Shown: positions 38,521 through 52,859, counted from the first letter of the stretch. The stretch: DNA of 64,000 nt from Oikopleura dioica (GCA_907165135.1 OU015567.1:10540001-10604000), one strand, 5' to 3'. Notes: a model not told the origin generated them from the letters alone. Program-made: numbers and translations.

Positions 38521-39620
38521 TTAGCATTGCCCACAGTCGGCGTCTAATTGAGCCCCAGAATCATCAAGGAGACAAATCGACAAGTTGCATTCAATATCAA
38601 GCGAACTAGCTTCATCAGCCAAGGTGAAGGACTTGAAGCCGAAGCTATAAATTCCACTGTTCTCTGCAGTGGCAGGAGAGACTTCGCCGATACCAAGGAT
38701 GGCCATCGCTCCAGCCTTGATGCCCTCGTCACATTGCTTAACAAATTTAGAATAAGATTTGAGTTGTTAATTATACCGAAAGAATCTCAATCGTTTTGTC
38801 GCCTTGACTGGCGGTACAAGATGTAAGTCGGTAGTTGTGGCTCGCTTCGAGGCTAGAGGTGGTTCGAATGTAAACCTCGTCACCGAGCGAGACTTCTTCT
38901 TTATTTTCAAGTGCAGAATCGGAGAACCAGTCCATTAAGAACTTATCATTGAACTAAAAACGAATTGAAAAAAGCCTATAAACATATCAACTTACATTTC
39001 CGACGGTTCCGGTGACGTTGCCGTAGTCGACATCAGGAGTATCAACGTCGAAATTGACCGATTCGAGAGTTGTTGTGGAGCTGTACTCGCACTCAACTTC
39101 GAACGATAAAACAGGCGTAAGAACAATGTCTGTTCCTTGCACCTCTGTCGAAGCTGCTGAGTCAACGCCTTTGACGTAAAAGGCAACGAAGATGTCTTCA
39201 TCTTGAGTAAATCTTCCTCCACAGGCGTTGAGGTCGAAGGTTTCTGAGATGGTGTTGTTGGCATCTGGTCTGTTGCTGCCAGTGCAGTCCCCGAATTCGA
39301 TTCGGGCGTTGTCGTGATAGTCTTCGGGGAGATTCTCGTAAAGATGATCGACGAGAACGCTGACTGTCACTTGAGAGCTTCCACAGGTGATTGCGATGTC
39401 TGCTGGCAGGCAACCATCAGCAGCGATAGTCCAGGCGTTGTTCGGACAAGCAGCTGCCATTTTCTCTCTTTTTCAATATTCTTTATGAAAATGGTATCTC
39501 CACTCACGTTTTATACCGATGGAGAAAGCGCTCGAGGCTGTTGTAAACTGCTGAGTTTGTTATTTAACGTGCTCAGCACCGCCAACTTGCACCTGAGACA
39601 CCTGGATTTGCATTCGTAGG
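38521..39620 (-). CDS. ZP-domain secreted protein
   Basis: ITCGSSQVTVSV, FDLNACG, FEVECEYSST (ZP-N-like) and FGFKSF....LDIECNLSICL (ZP-C-like). Confidence 0.7.
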
Positions 39621-39774
39621 GTGCCATTTTGTGGTTAAAGTAATTCGAAAGTATTTACTAATAAATACTTCAGGTCAGTTGTGGTATGTTTAACTCTGAA
39701 ATTCTGAGTCTAAATTCTTTCAATAAATTATTGACAATAATATTTCCCTGTTATTTTTCATGATATCTTTATTT

Positions 39775-42573
39775 TTAGAGAATGAAAGAAGTTGGTAATT
39801 TGACACAAGAAAACGCTTTTCTTGCGAGAGGTTCAAGTTCAAGAATATATGAAAGAGTCGCATCTTCGTTGAAATACTCCCATTTATCTTCAGTCTCAAA
39901 TTTTCCGAATATCAGAAGACCATCATTCCAAGGGATCATCGAGTGGGTGTCTCTAGCAACTATTTTTTTATAAAACTTATTCAGCTAAACAGCATATGCT
40001 ATATATAGGGACTATCACGGGAGCGCGAGGGCCCAATTTTTGCTTTCCCAACTACCCTAAATAGTCATCGATTTTTCTTGTTTTTTCAGACAACATATGT
40101 TTTCTTACCTGCTGATTCCAAATATGATTGAAAAATTGGCAAAAAAATATTGAATATTATGAAAAACACGAAATTTATCTTTCAAAGAGGTGAATTATAT
40201 AGACCATGCCTTGCCAGGTCACTCTTTTTTCGATATATTCTCTATCAGACACTTCCCTTGAATCTCTGAAAAAAATATTTTTACTTGGGCGTACTAGCCG
40301 CTTGAAATCTTCAGATAACTAGAGGCATGTCGCAACTCGCGCGACGCGGGGCACCGCGCGAAGGGCCTGGAGCAGCATCGCCCGCAGCGAGGGCCGAACC
40401 TTTCGGTGGAAGGTGACAAAATGAGTGGTTCGATTTCTTGCTGCAAGTTCTTGAGCATTTTGATTTAATGATAACAGCTGTTTTTACTGCCTAATACTGA
40501 TCAAAATAAACTATTTATTCTTATTTCCGCTCAGTGAATTGATTAAGATTAGCGCGCCTCGCTGTGAGACAGCGCTAAAAATAAATGCTTGTTCTGAGAG
40601 CTTTTCAGGCTTATTAAAGGCTTAAATAGTGAGCTCTTTCGAGAAAATATCACGAGAAAGAGGTTTGATGGCAAGATTACTTTATTCAAACCATTTTTGG
40701 AATGAAATAAATAACCTGAAAGGCTAGTATAAGGGGTGCCATCTTCGAAAGTTTGAAGCGCTCTCACGCGCCACCATGTGGATTTATGTAAAAATTAAGT
40801 ACATATTTGGAATCAGCGAAAAAAACTGTACTAGATGATAAATTTTCATAGTTATCGGAGCACCTTGATTTTTCCGTGAAAGTCCCTAGCTATATACTAT
40901 ATGTACTTTTCATATTTCCAGCAAGCACCCATTCGCCAACAGGCTCATCATTTTGAAATCGTAGTTTAAAGACAGCGGTTGACGACTTTCCACCCGCATA
41001 TCCTCCAGAGACGTAAATGAAATTATTTGTCTCAATGGCCATGAAAATAGTAAGAGATCATTAGGTTTTCATGATATTTATCCATGGCCAAGTCATTGCA
41101 AGGGAAGAAATAGCGTCTGGAAGGAGGCGTGTCAACTGCCATCTTCTCCCATCGAAACGGTTGATCTCGACTGCATCAGTTTTTGGGTTTCCTCCAGCAA
41201 TTACCACGGGCTATTTTGTAGTTTTGATGATATTCGAGGAAACGATCATTACCTTTCTCGCAGACGAATCATTTGGGTCGACCAGAGAAACCATATCCGC
41301 TAATGAATGGCCATGCAACATTGTCTCCCAGGCGCTTGTGCTTGGAGAAGACGAGCCAGGAGTGATTTTCCAACATTTTTTCGTAAAGCTGACAGAGTTT
41401 CTGAAATACGCGCCGCAAACAGTACTGAGTTCTCATTTGATAAAAGCTCGTTCTATACAATAAAATATGAACTCTTTCTATAATAAACTCGTTTGCAACT
41501 GCGGCACAGGAATGTTTCTAAATGCTTTAATATAGGATGTTATTGTTTTACTTACAAGCAGATTCAGGGAGATTCCATTGTCGAAGGTCCTCATTTCTTG
41601 CTCGCCACTTCTTATTTCGCTGATAGAATTTCTTTCAATTATGAAGACGCTATCTTTCACAAGAACGCTGCAGTGGTAATACAATACGTTTGATGTTTGG
41701 CCAGCAAGTTTATGATCTTTGCTTAAATTATTACGTTCAAGATGAATTGATATTTCTAGCCTACTTGTATAGATGCGAAAGTTTCATCGTATTGAGATCA
41801 AGTTGGTCAAAAGTGTGAGCATGACCTTCGCCTCCGATAATTATCAAATTTGTTTTATTCTCTTCGCGTTCATCTTCGGTTTCTTCATCTTCACTAACAG
41901 GAGTCATCGTAGAATTCATTATATCGCCATAAATATCGTCATAGAATCGTAAAGTCTTTCTTTCCTGGAGCTTTCTTCTAAGAGCATCTAGTTCCATTTT
42001 AAATACATTTTCTTTTTGCTTCAATTCTGCCTTGAGCGCGACAACTTCTTCTTCAACATTTTTCACTTTTTTATTCGCACGTCTGCTTGAAGTTTTCAGT
42101 GCCTCAAGAAGTTCGGTTTTTTCTTGTTGAAGAATCTCGGTCATTCGACTCTCGGCTTTCCCGATTTGATCACTCACGTCAGGAGCTCCCATTGAGCTTC
42201 CTCTTAATTCATCAAATTTTCTCATTTTTTCCATGATTCCCATTTCATAGAGGCTGTTAAGTAGTGGCATGAATGAGATCATCTGATTCTTAAAAACTCT
42301 CATTTCGGCTCTGAAATCGTCATCCTCTTCGTTGGATGGAAGACTGTCTTCCCCACTGCCCATTTCATTTTCAGAGAATCCTAAGTCTTCTAGTATCTCC
42401 AATCGTTCTTCTAAAGACTCATCTGTCCTCGATAATTCTCGCTCGTTTTCAAGAATATCTTCGAACCGGTTTTCAACTGAGAGTGCAAGTTCGGTCAAAT
42501 TCTGTATGTCATTAAAGTCATCTGATTCCACTTTGACAGTAAATATCTCGAGTTTGGATTTACTATGCCGCAT
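39775..42573 (-). CDS. Coiled-coil plus Kelch-repeat protein (paralog 1)
   Basis: 270-aa coiled-coil exon, then Kelch-like repeats (LIIIGG, PVVIAGG, LYVSGG). Last exon ARDTHSMIPWNDGLLIFGK matches paralog 2. Confidence 0.75.
40006..40888. mobile_element. 883-bp non-autonomous hAT-type element inside the last intron of Kelch paralog 1
   Basis: TIR TAGGGACT(A/T)TCACGG (14/15 identical) and perfect 8-bp TSD GCTATATA at 39998-40005 and 40889-40896. Confidence 0.9.
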
Positions 42574-42833
42574 AGTCTATGCGCCTATTGCACTGTAAAA
42601 TATGCTAGCTTAAATCCGTTCCGATAATAGAAAATAACAAAATGCAAGAATCATTTTCCTCTTAGTCTCTCTTTGCAGAATCTTCAGTAAGGCTTAAATT
42701 GATAAGTCAGATGATCTGACCACTGGTCAGTGACTTTGTTTGTTGAAATAGGTAAATTGTTTTTCCACTACTGCTACATGAACTTCAATGAGAATCGAAG
42801 AAAGTATTTTATTGGGAGTTTTTATGGATATTT

Positions 42834-45630
42834 TTAAATAATAAATGTAGGAGAAGCAAGAACATATGAAAAGTGTAGTCTCGCGACGGGCGGAATATCT
42901 AAGAATTCCGATCGAGAAGCATCCTCGTTGAAGTACTCCCATCTATCGCTGTTGGTTTCGTATTTTCCGAAAATGACCAGGCCATCATTCCATGCAACCA
43001 TGGCGTGAGAGTCTCGAGCGACTAAAATGATGAGTTGGCAACATATTCTAGCTTGACTTGTTCTAGTTTTCTCGTTGACCCAGGGATGTTCCGAGGAATA
43101 TAATACAAAGTGCACTTCATTTGAACAGGACGTCTAGCTGACATCATGACCAAAGAATTTCTGTTAGAATGATGATGATTTCTGCAAAACTCACGTTTCA
43201 TACTGCCAGCTTCAAGCCAATTTCCAATCGGTTTATTATTTTCGAATTCAAGTTTGTAGACCTTAGATGACGATGATTTGGGACTTTCGGTATATCCGCC
43301 AGAGACGTAGAGAGTATTTTTGCTCTACTCGGCCATGATAACTAATTTTCTTAATTGAAAATAAAATAAAATTAAACTCCGTGGCCAAGTCATAGCTAGA
43401 GAAGAAGATGCTTTAGGTAAAGAGTTCATTGCTCGCCAGCCTGCTCCATCGTGGTGATTTATTTCAACCTTGTTAGTTCTTGGTTTCAACCCTCCGGCTA
43501 TAACGAGAGGCTTTTCCAGGTCATCAATATAATTTTCTAATTTTAATTTTCTAATTTGAATTTCTTATTGACCATTAACTGACGCAAGGATGGATTTTGT
43601 TCATCAACTAACGAAACCATGGCGGCAGAATAATGCCCGTGAGAGGTGGAGTCCCACGTAAATGTCCTTGGATGATCAGACCCAGGAATTATTTTCCAGC
43701 ATTTTCTTATGGAACTATATTGTCGAGATTGTGGACAACACGCAGTGTTGGGTTGATATTTTCTATAAACATTATATTCCAGTTTTGTCGATTTACTTCC
43801 AGACATTCTTTATAAAATCAAACCCAATTACATGAATGAATACATAAATGTATAAACTAAAAATACCAACAAAAAATAATTTCAACCCTGTCTATAATGA
43901 AATCATTTGCAACTGCCGAACACGAATGTCTCTGAAATAATAGCTCATTGAAAGTCAAACTTGAACAGGCTTACTCGAAGATGAGGAGCAACATCTCGAA
44001 TGCTATGCCTTCTCATTTCTTGTTCCCCGCTTCTTATTTCACGAATCAGATGTCCGCCAATAATAAACATGTTGTCTTTTACAAGTACACTGCAGAAGTG
44101 TATTAATGGATCGCTTCGACTATGTCCATTCAGCGGCTGATCTCTCCTGAAGATTTGAGAGTGAATAATGAAAACTTTAGTCTAATATTGAGAAGACTTG
44201 CCCGTAAATATGTGCAGTTTTCATAGTATTGAGGTCAAGTTTATCGAAAGTAAACTCATAATGGTTGCCACCAATGATGATCAAATTCGTTTTAATATTC
44301 GTTCTCATCGAACATACATTTGCTAAGCACGTTCCACAGTCCCCACAGTGCTCGTCTCGTAGACAGAATGAGTCGGAAATCGAGTCACAAGACAACTCGG
44401 ATTTTAAGCGCTCGTCTTTCGTCGTGCATTCCACGAAACACTCCTTTTCTTCAATTTGGGAATTTGAACTGATTATAAATGGATTTTAAATATATCTTTT
44501 ATGCCTCTTTTGCTTAATATTTTAAATCCATTATCATATTCTTTACACGTCAGCTTGCACTTTTTCTCCTTATCTTCAACATTATTATTGCCAGATGTGT
44601 CTTCCTTCTCTATCGCTTGTTTAAGTTGCTCAAGCTCTTGTTGAACTTTTTCCACACTTCTAGCTGCTCGTCTACTCTTTTCTTCTGCCTTTTCTACCAT
44701 CTCGAGAAGATCCGCCTTCTCTTTTTGAAAGTTTTCTTCCATACGTTTCATTCTCTCTTCAGTTATGAGTTTTGACGACTCTACGATCTCCAAGCGATTT
44801 AAAATCTTCAGTAATTGGCTTTGAATTTGAAAGTTTTGATCGTTTTGCGAGTTTTGCTCGCTTGAGTTTTGCAGTGTCGCTATTTTCTCGTCAATTTCTC
44901 TGAATTTCTCGGTGAAATCGTCATACTTTTCATCAATAATTTTTTCCATTCGAGTCTCTTGCAAAAGCATCTCTCTTTTTGAATTAGCAAAGTCTTCTTC
45001 AAGAGCTTCTGTTTCTTCACCCAAATAGGTAAGCGTCGCGTTGAATGATTCTAGGCTATCTCGTGTCTTCGCCTGATCTTCATAGATGCCAACTTTCAGT
45101 TTACGAAAGTCAGATCTTCTCTCGCCGACTTCTTCAAGAACATCATTCAATGTATCATTAACAGAGTTCAGCTGCATTTCGAGTGAGTTGTATACTTCAT
45201 TTTCGGATTGCACTTCTGCGCGGAGATTTTCGATCTCTTCCTTGATTGCAGTTTCTTTTTCGTTGAGCAGCCCCAGATCCGTTTCGATCTTATCAAACTC
45301 AAGCTGATCTCTTCAGTGAACCTATACATTTGATTTCGAATTAACATAGATATAATATGGGCCCTTTCCCACTACCATTAGCTTCCACGTCAAGAAGTGC
45401 CTCTTCTATAAACTCGAGTTGATCTTCAATAAAAGCGTCTTTTTTCGACAGCTCTAATGCATTACTGTAAATTCCATCAAGCTGAACTTCCACTGACATC
45501 GCTAATTCCTCGATATCAGTAAAGTTTTTCGATTTTGCTTTGATGAGAGGCTCGAATGATTACAAACTTTTTTTTCTATAAAAATCACTGATGTTTTGTA
45601 ATCCTCCCCATAGTATCAGACCAGGAATCT
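42834..45630 (-). CDS. Coiled-coil plus Cys-rich module plus Kelch-repeat protein (paralog 2)
   Basis: Coiled coil 44473-45213, CDSISDSFCLRDEHCGDCGTCLANVC, TNLIIIGG..H..TFD.LDLNTMK shared with paralog 1, then Kelch repeats. Confidence 0.75.
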
Positions 45631-45868
45631 TCATTGTGAATTTTTCTCTATCTTTTTATAAATATAAAGAGAATGTGAAGTTCGACGTTATATTTGTTTG
45701 TGTAATTAGCCACGTGATTGATTGGGCCATATTCTTTTATCGTCAACGTTTGCTATTCTTAGACAAGGATGGATGCATCGAATTTTATTGAAGGAGAATA
45801 AAGAATGAAAAGGAAGGATTCAGTTATGATTTGCGGACATGATTTGTTTGCTTTTATGGAGTGTTTCT

Positions 45869-46347
45869 TTAGACGCGGAGGAAAGCGGCGACGGCGATCA
45901 GAGGAAGAGTCATTTCAATCGTGCCAGCACCAGATGATGGCGCTTGGGTCGTGGTTGGAGCCCGTGTTGTTGTTGTAGTGGTTGTAGTCGTTGTGGTAGT
46001 GGTGGTAGTGGTTGGAGTAGTGGTTGTAGTTGTTGGAGTAGTCGTGGTCGTAGTAGTTGGAGTGGTAGTGGTTGTTGTTGTTGGAGTAGTGGTGGTGGTT
46101 GTGGTTGTGGTAGTAGGAGTTGTAGTGGTGGTTGGAGCTGGAGTTGAAGTGAGTGGCATAGTTGGCGGCTCAGTCGGCTCCAAGGTAACTGCTCCCGGCT
46201 CTGGGTTAGGATCTTTTACTGGCTCAAAGAATATTCTACCCGATATGTCAAAAATTTAGCATTATTTCTTGAGCCCATGCCCATGGCGCCTCCCATAGCA
46301 GCAGCATCAGCAAGAGCAAAAGCGGCAAAAACTCGGAAAATTTTCAT
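45869..46347 (-). CDS. Mucin-like Thr-rich cell-surface protein, probably GPI-anchored
   Basis: Signal peptide MKIFRVFAAFALADA, long (T)nP tract, C-terminal SSGAG followed by a hydrophobic tail TLPLIAVAAFLRV. Confidence 0.8.
45950..46140 (-). repeat. Coding poly-Thr (ACN)n trinucleotide-like repeat
   Basis: GTN/GTT/GTG/GTA runs on the plus strand. Confidence 0.9.
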
Positions 46348-46967
46348 CTCAAGAAAATTTTCGTCAAAATCTTTGTTAATTCTTAGAGTTCCAAATTCTA
46401 GCATCTCCAGTTTATATCCTGATTGAATGTGATTTTAGTTGACAACTTGTTAGTTTTAGAGATGTTCTCACGGAGGGTTTTATGGAGATAATTGACTTAG
46501 TACAAAACATCTATTTTTATAGAGAGGTACGTCTATTATGATTTCGGTAACCTCGAGTTTAATCCACCAAATTGGTGTTTTCAAATTCAATAATCATGAT
46601 TTCAGCCCTCGAAATATCGAAGTAAATTTATTAAAAATCATTTATTTACAGAGACGTCAAAATCATTTCCTGTCACTCTTTCAATGAAAGAATAATACGC
46701 TGTAATCGTTGAATAAAAATTCAAAATGAGTGATAAAGGGTCAAAATCAGGCATTATTTTTTCAAGAGATATTCTCTGGGGACTCTTTAGCTTGGGAAGA
46801 TCAAAGAATGAGAATAACGAAAAGCAGAAGAACAAAATAATTATAAGAAATAAACAGAAGAACAAAACATAAAATTATTCACAAGTATATTTATTAAATC
46901 TTTCAGACTTAAGACATTAGAATGAACAAGTTGTTTTAATTGCATTTGTTGAAAGAAACATCTCTCT

Positions 46968-47850
46968 TTACATGTTGAAAATTGTATTGACATCGCTCTC
47001 CATGCAAATGTCGTCGAGCTCAAAGTTATCCAAGGTTGAAATGCTATCGAAACCTTCGTCAGCAGTGGAAGGGGAGGGATGGGGACTATCAAAGATTTCT
47101 GCAGAAAAGTTTAGCTTTTGCACGAAAATTGATATGAATACCTGAGTTAGAAGGACTGGCGCAGGATGAAAAATCATTTTCAGAAGGTGGTTTTGAGAAC
47201 ATTGCGGAAAAGAGCTCGTTATCACTGTGGCTATCTGGAATATTGTCCAAAGAGATCGAAGGGAGGCGAATAATTGGTTCGACTTTTGGCTCTTCTAATG
47301 ATGTAAAAGTAAGTTTGGGCTATCAAGTTGAAGCTTACTCTTTGGAAAGATGATTCGAGCAAGCTCAGGGAATTTTTCGCAAATGATCAAATCTTGGCAG
47401 AACGAGTTTGTTGCGGATTGTCGGATTTTGTCGAAGTTTGGAACTTGATAGTTTGCTTCAAGTCGTACATTTGGAGGGCAGGTAAGAGAGGGTCGAAAGA
47501 GTTCTGGTCGAACATGAGGCCCTAGAAAACCGTTTATGAGACTCTTATAGAAATAATGTTTTTCGTACATGTTTGGTTATTATCTTGTTTATAATAAATA
47601 TCGTTATTGTTTGATGGAGTCGTATCAATAACCCAGAAAGCACTTTCTCCTCGAGTGTGGTTCGGAACGCGCTTAATTTTGAGTTAGAACTTCCAATCGG
47701 ACTATCTTCACACTGGGTGTAGCGCCCGGCTCGGTCAAAGTCTCACCTTGAACATTTCGTGAAGTGATAGATTGTGACGGATGGAGTTTTTCCACGAGTT
47801 AGTACTGGGACAGCCCGGACCACCGTTAGGACCGAATTCTCGGACATTTC
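46968..47850 (-). CDS. Uncharacterised multi-exon protein with Ser/Asp-rich C-terminus
   Basis: ORF blocks 47295-47570, 46968-47225 and 46841-47092 with GT-AG junctions. Confidence 0.45.
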
Positions 47851-48199
47851 TGAAACTTGTTTAGAAAAAGAAAGTTCATTGGTCAAGTCAATATTTGCAT
47901 TTAGAGGATTACCGTACCGCCCGCCTGTTTGGCTTGTCTATCAGTGATCATATTTACTTCCATACTATTGGGGGAAAATACTGTACTATCGATACTGTAC
48001 TTCAATCACCTCCCTATGCTTTCAAATTAAAAGTTTCAATGAGTTTTAGCTCGTTTACTTTGCATCAAAGTTCGCAAACTACCTCCCGACAAGGGAAAAG
48101 TACTTGCATCGAATCAATGTTTATCCCGCTGTAGCAGGACAAACCTGCTTTATTGATATTTGTCAAACTCTTTGAGAAAAAAAGACAACTTGAAAAATC

Positions 48200-49115
48200 C
48201 CCTCGAAGTGAGATTCTGTAAATAACGATAACCGGCTTTCATCGGGATGGAAACATATTTAGGTCATTTTGTAGCTGTTTCTTACCGGCTCATCCAGTGG
48301 TAAATCTGACGAAGTGTCATCCTAGAATCCTTTGAAGATTTGATTGCTTCGACAATCAGTTCTGCGTATGTCATTCTACGACCATTATAAACTCCGGGGG
48401 ACTGATTTCCTCCTCTTCGTTGTTTTCTGAATTTTGTAATAGGCAAAAAAAAATGCACCTCACAAACCTGGAGCTGTTGTCATTGACCGAGGGATAAGGC
48501 GAAAATTCGTTGATGGTTGATGATCTTGGGCGGATAACTTGGTGAGTTCTTTCCGTCCGATTGTGGTAGATTTCGTATGATCCGACAGATTGAGGTCTTG
48601 GCTGTTCAATGGGGATTGTAATTTCGTTGTTGGAAGGGGAAGAGCCGGCGAGGTCAGATAGAACGAGAACTGAAAAAATTCCAAATTTGAAATTTGAGTT
48701 ATTCCATACCGAATTCTTCCGTCACATTAGTTGGTTGATCGATTCCGATTTCATTGTATTCAAAGGTTTCGGGGTCTTCTTCGAAAGGCCTGATATAGAA
48801 TTATTAATTCAATGGAACATTCAAGTGCGAGAAAAAATTCTTTTCAAATAAGATGCTCCGCAGTGTCCGGAGATTTTTATTACTTTGATAATTAAGGGCT
48901 GCTCACCCGAAATCAATGAAGGAATCTTCTTCATGGTTGAAGTTTTGTTGTATCTCTTGATCGTCTGTAAATTCTGGCATGGTAGCTTTTCTGTTGTGAG
49001 GTTCTTCTAGCTGAGCGGGGACGGTAATGAAGGGAAATGTAAACTTTGAACCTGGTGGTAGAGGGCTCGGAGGCCAATAGAAATCGTGGTCGGGCGCCTC
49101 GCCAAACGAGTACAC
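48200..49115 (-). CDS. Uncharacterised Pro-rich protein
   Basis: ATG ORF 48903-49115 ends at a GT donor; further exon-like blocks lie downstream. Confidence 0.4.
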
Positions 49116-49972
49116 GATTAACTAACTGGACTCCTCGACTAAACAAACGGAGACGTCCACCCCATCAACAGTGTTGTGTCCCTTGCTCGGGCGAGGCACT
49201 TCTGCCCCTGGTCACGCAAGTCCAGCGCCAGACGAAAAAAGCTCTTCCTCGACGCTACGAGGAGGACCTAGGAGTCCTCCAGTCACTGTACTTTTAGGGT
49301 TGACCAAAGTATGTATAAACTTTTGAACTTTCACCAGAATGCTAAGTCGATGTTTTTATTTATAAGGACGCTTCCTATTTTTAAATTCGGAATTGCTTTA
49401 CTATCCAGCTAAGTATCTAAAATTGCAGTGTTCTACTACTTTAGGGATCTAAATATAAGACCTTTCTATTGAAAACTAGTTCCTTTTGCATACCCTAGTG
49501 ACAATAATCTTTTTGGGAGTAAAAGAGGGTCACAACATCCAATCTCGTGTTCATTTGACTACAAGACTAGTAAACAATCTCTGCCAGATTAGGCTGCTTT
49601 TATTGGCTTCGTTAGATTTATGGACAGAGGTGAGGATTAGAACTTTAAAAATGCTGCGACTTCGTCTTCTACGTCTCGCCCATGAAGAATTTCTTACGCC
49701 TGAATTAAGATATTTTAGCCAATTTTAATAAATTTAAGACTAATCAAACAAAATTTGTTCTAACTAAGTTTTGCCAGAACAGTTCTTAAACAGCATGTGC
49801 CCAAAAATCAACGGTTGTCTTACTGTTGAATAACTGTTTTTGTTTTCAAGAGAATGGAGCAACGAAAATACATAACGGGATCTACTTGTGATCACGCGAT
49901 CGACCCTTGGATTGTTTCTATTTATCCAAATACATACAACAGACAGATTCTCATTTCAAAATCTGTTAATAT

Positions 49973-52630
49973 TTATGTTCCCGAGAATAACCGATAGAGT
50001 CGAATGGACTTACCGAATACTCGATCGTTTAAATCGTTCCCCAGGACCGAGTGACAGAACTCGTTGGAGGGCAGGTCCTTCCAGCTTTTCCACCAGGTCT
50101 GGATTGTAATCGACTGATTCTGACATTGGCCTTGGTGGTTTGGATTTGTTCTTGGATGCTCGTAAAACAGGTCGTCGAAAAGCTTCAGGAAGCTCGTCAT
50201 CTTCGATGATTATTTTTGGCTCTGGGGTCTGAAACGGTGAGTTACTTTGTCTATTTATTCGAGAAAATATTACTCGTGGAGGTTTTGGTGGGAGGGGCTC
50301 ACTCTTCGGTTCTTCTTCAATACTGTCAAACGCGGAAATTCTACCAATCCTTTTCTTGGGCAAAACTTTGACGGAATATGGAGAGTTATTGCTTGAAGTT
50401 TTTGTTGGAGACGGTGGTGTTCGAGCTGCTAAATATGTTTTGAAAATAGTTGCGAAATTATTTTACCTTTGGCCACTTCCGCAACTGGCATTTCGTAATC
50501 ATGCGGTTTGATGATCTTACTCGGCTTTTCGCTTACTTCGAATTCTTTCATCTTCGGCGTGTTTGACAAGGTCTTGTAGTCATGTCGAGTCAATCCTACG
50601 TGGATGTCTTCTGGTCTCTCTTGTTCACTTTCTTTTGCATCTTGCTTTTCTTCTTTCTCTTTATCCTTCGTTTTAGTTGCTGCCGATTCTCTTGATAGAA
50701 TTACTGGTGCGGAAGCTCGAGCTTTAGGAACTGGAGCGATTTCAATTTCTTCAGGTTCTTCCTTTAAAAAGTTCATTTTTGATTGTTTTTGTGTCTTTTT
50801 AGCAAGAACGTAGCGTTCACAAATATGCTCTAAATTCTTGCTTGCAGTAAGTCTCGAATTCTGAGAGAAAATTAACCACGTGATGGTAAGCATTGAACTC
50901 GGCCCTGAATAGTGTCGATTGATTTTTTCTCGGGTGGGAGCGGTGGACTTGGCAAAGGAGAAGCAACTGCCAATTCAGCTGGTTTTTCAGGAGGAGGCAC
51001 TTGCGGCCGAGGACTCCGCGGCTTTGTAACTAAAACAATTAATAATTTCGATTATTATTACTTGAGCACTACCTGGCTTTTCTTCTGATTTGTCAGCAAG
51101 ATTTGCTGGAGTATTCTCCGGGGCTGTTCTCAGAATAGGACTACTAATTTGGGCTGGGGCTGATCGTCTTCGCTCTTCTTCCGCCTCGGCTTCTTTCTTT
51201 TTCCTTAGTTTCTCAATAATCTCTTCTCGCCTTTTCAGCGAGCGAAGACTACCAACTCTCGGGAAGAATTTTTCAGGCTCGGTTGTTTCTTTCTCTGGGA
51301 CGAAGCCGGTATCTCTCGCTTTTATTCGTTCGAATTTTCCGTCATTCTTTGGTTTTTCTGCTTCCACTGACGTGTTCTCTTTGCATTCTTCCTTGATTTC
51401 AGCTTGATTTTTATCAGCAGTTGGTTCTTCTCCTGTGATTTTCTTCTCAACATCTTTTATTTTGGCCTCTATTTCTTCGATTGTTGGCTTATTCTAAGGA
51501 AAGTAACACTTTATGATCAACGGTCAAAATTACCTTCTTCTTTCCACCAAAAGTTGATCTTGCCGCATCGTCTATGTTTTCCAGCGCTTTTCTGAAGCTC
51601 TGAAGTCTCATTTTTCGCCTTTCCTTAGCTGGTTTAAGGGCTGTTACAACATCCTCGGGCGACAGATATGACACCGTTGCCTATTTAAATGCATAAAACT
51701 CTACATATACGATTCTAGTGCGCGATTCTACGGATTTGATTTGTGCTGTGTTGTAACTGCTTACTTTGCGGTTCTCTCGTTTTCGTTTCTCCTCTCTTCT
51801 GATGGTGGAAGGAGACGGCTTCGGATCTCCCGTCGAGTCACCCGCTGTAGTTTCCTCTATAATGAGACACAATTTATCCCTTCCCAATTCAAATTAACGC
51901 CTCTGACCTTCTGTTGATGGAGCCTCTTTTTTCAGAGTAGAAGAGTCAGCTGATCCGCTTTCAATTTTCGTGACTGCTGGCAGTTGATCCGTCGCAGGTT
52001 GGGATTCGTCTACGCATGCTTCTTGGAAAAATTATTTTAAAACAAAAAAATGGAAAAAAAGCATACCATTATATGCGGGCTCAACATCAACCGTCTGTGA
52101 CCTTGCTTTTAATTTCTTCTCTGGCGACGAAGGCTTTCCTGGCTTCTCCAACTCTTGCAGTCTCTTCTCTTGCTTTTGCTTGTAAAAAGGTATTAGTCTC
52201 CAAAACTTCATTTTGGACGAAAATTTCAAAATTTGCTGACAGCGGAGATAATTGAAATTCTTCTCGGTCTAAAATTGCGCTACATGGCTACCTGGCTCTG
52301 CTGAATCTCATTGATGAATTGAGTCAAATTATCTATTGCCCTTTCGATGAGTTCTTCCCACTTTTCAAAATGTTATTTATCGGCTTATTGTTTCTATTTA
52401 TTATTCATGAGGATTTTACAAGCTTAGAAAAGTTGTCTTATTTTTAAGAACTGCTCCTGTAAATTCCACTTCCAGTTAGCTCTAGCGACTTCTTTAGCTC
52501 TTCATTCTCGCGTTTAAGAAGTTCGACATCCGCCTGAAAATTTAGATGATCTTTTTAGTACGAAAATTTTAGACTCACCCTCAATACTCTTATTTGTTCT
52601 TTTCCATTTTCCTCGATTTGCTTCATTGTT
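49973..52630 (-). CDS. Uncharacterised low-complexity/coiled-coil charged protein
   Basis: Chain of K/E/S/P-rich ORF blocks (50010-50363, 50429-50893, 50987-51367, 51489-51674, 52032-52229) separated by short introns. Confidence 0.5.
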
Positions 52631-52859
52631 TAATCTTATTGCATGCTAGCTCTCAGTTAAATCTGTCTGCATCCCATTCAAAGTCGCCAGAAAAGCTAGA
52701 AAAAGTCAAACTGCTAATAAAATATTCAATTATACGTCCGCTCGTTTATCACTGCCCCTCTTTCTAAACTAATAAAACGCACACAACAAGCAGAAAATAA
52801 CCTTTTGCATCTTCAACTCAAGCTGATTGCGAGGCTTCACTTCACAATTCTCAGCACAA

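Noticed and set aside
45921-46259. Poly-Val plus-strand ORF
   Set aside because: Antisense of the poly-Thr mucin-like CDS.
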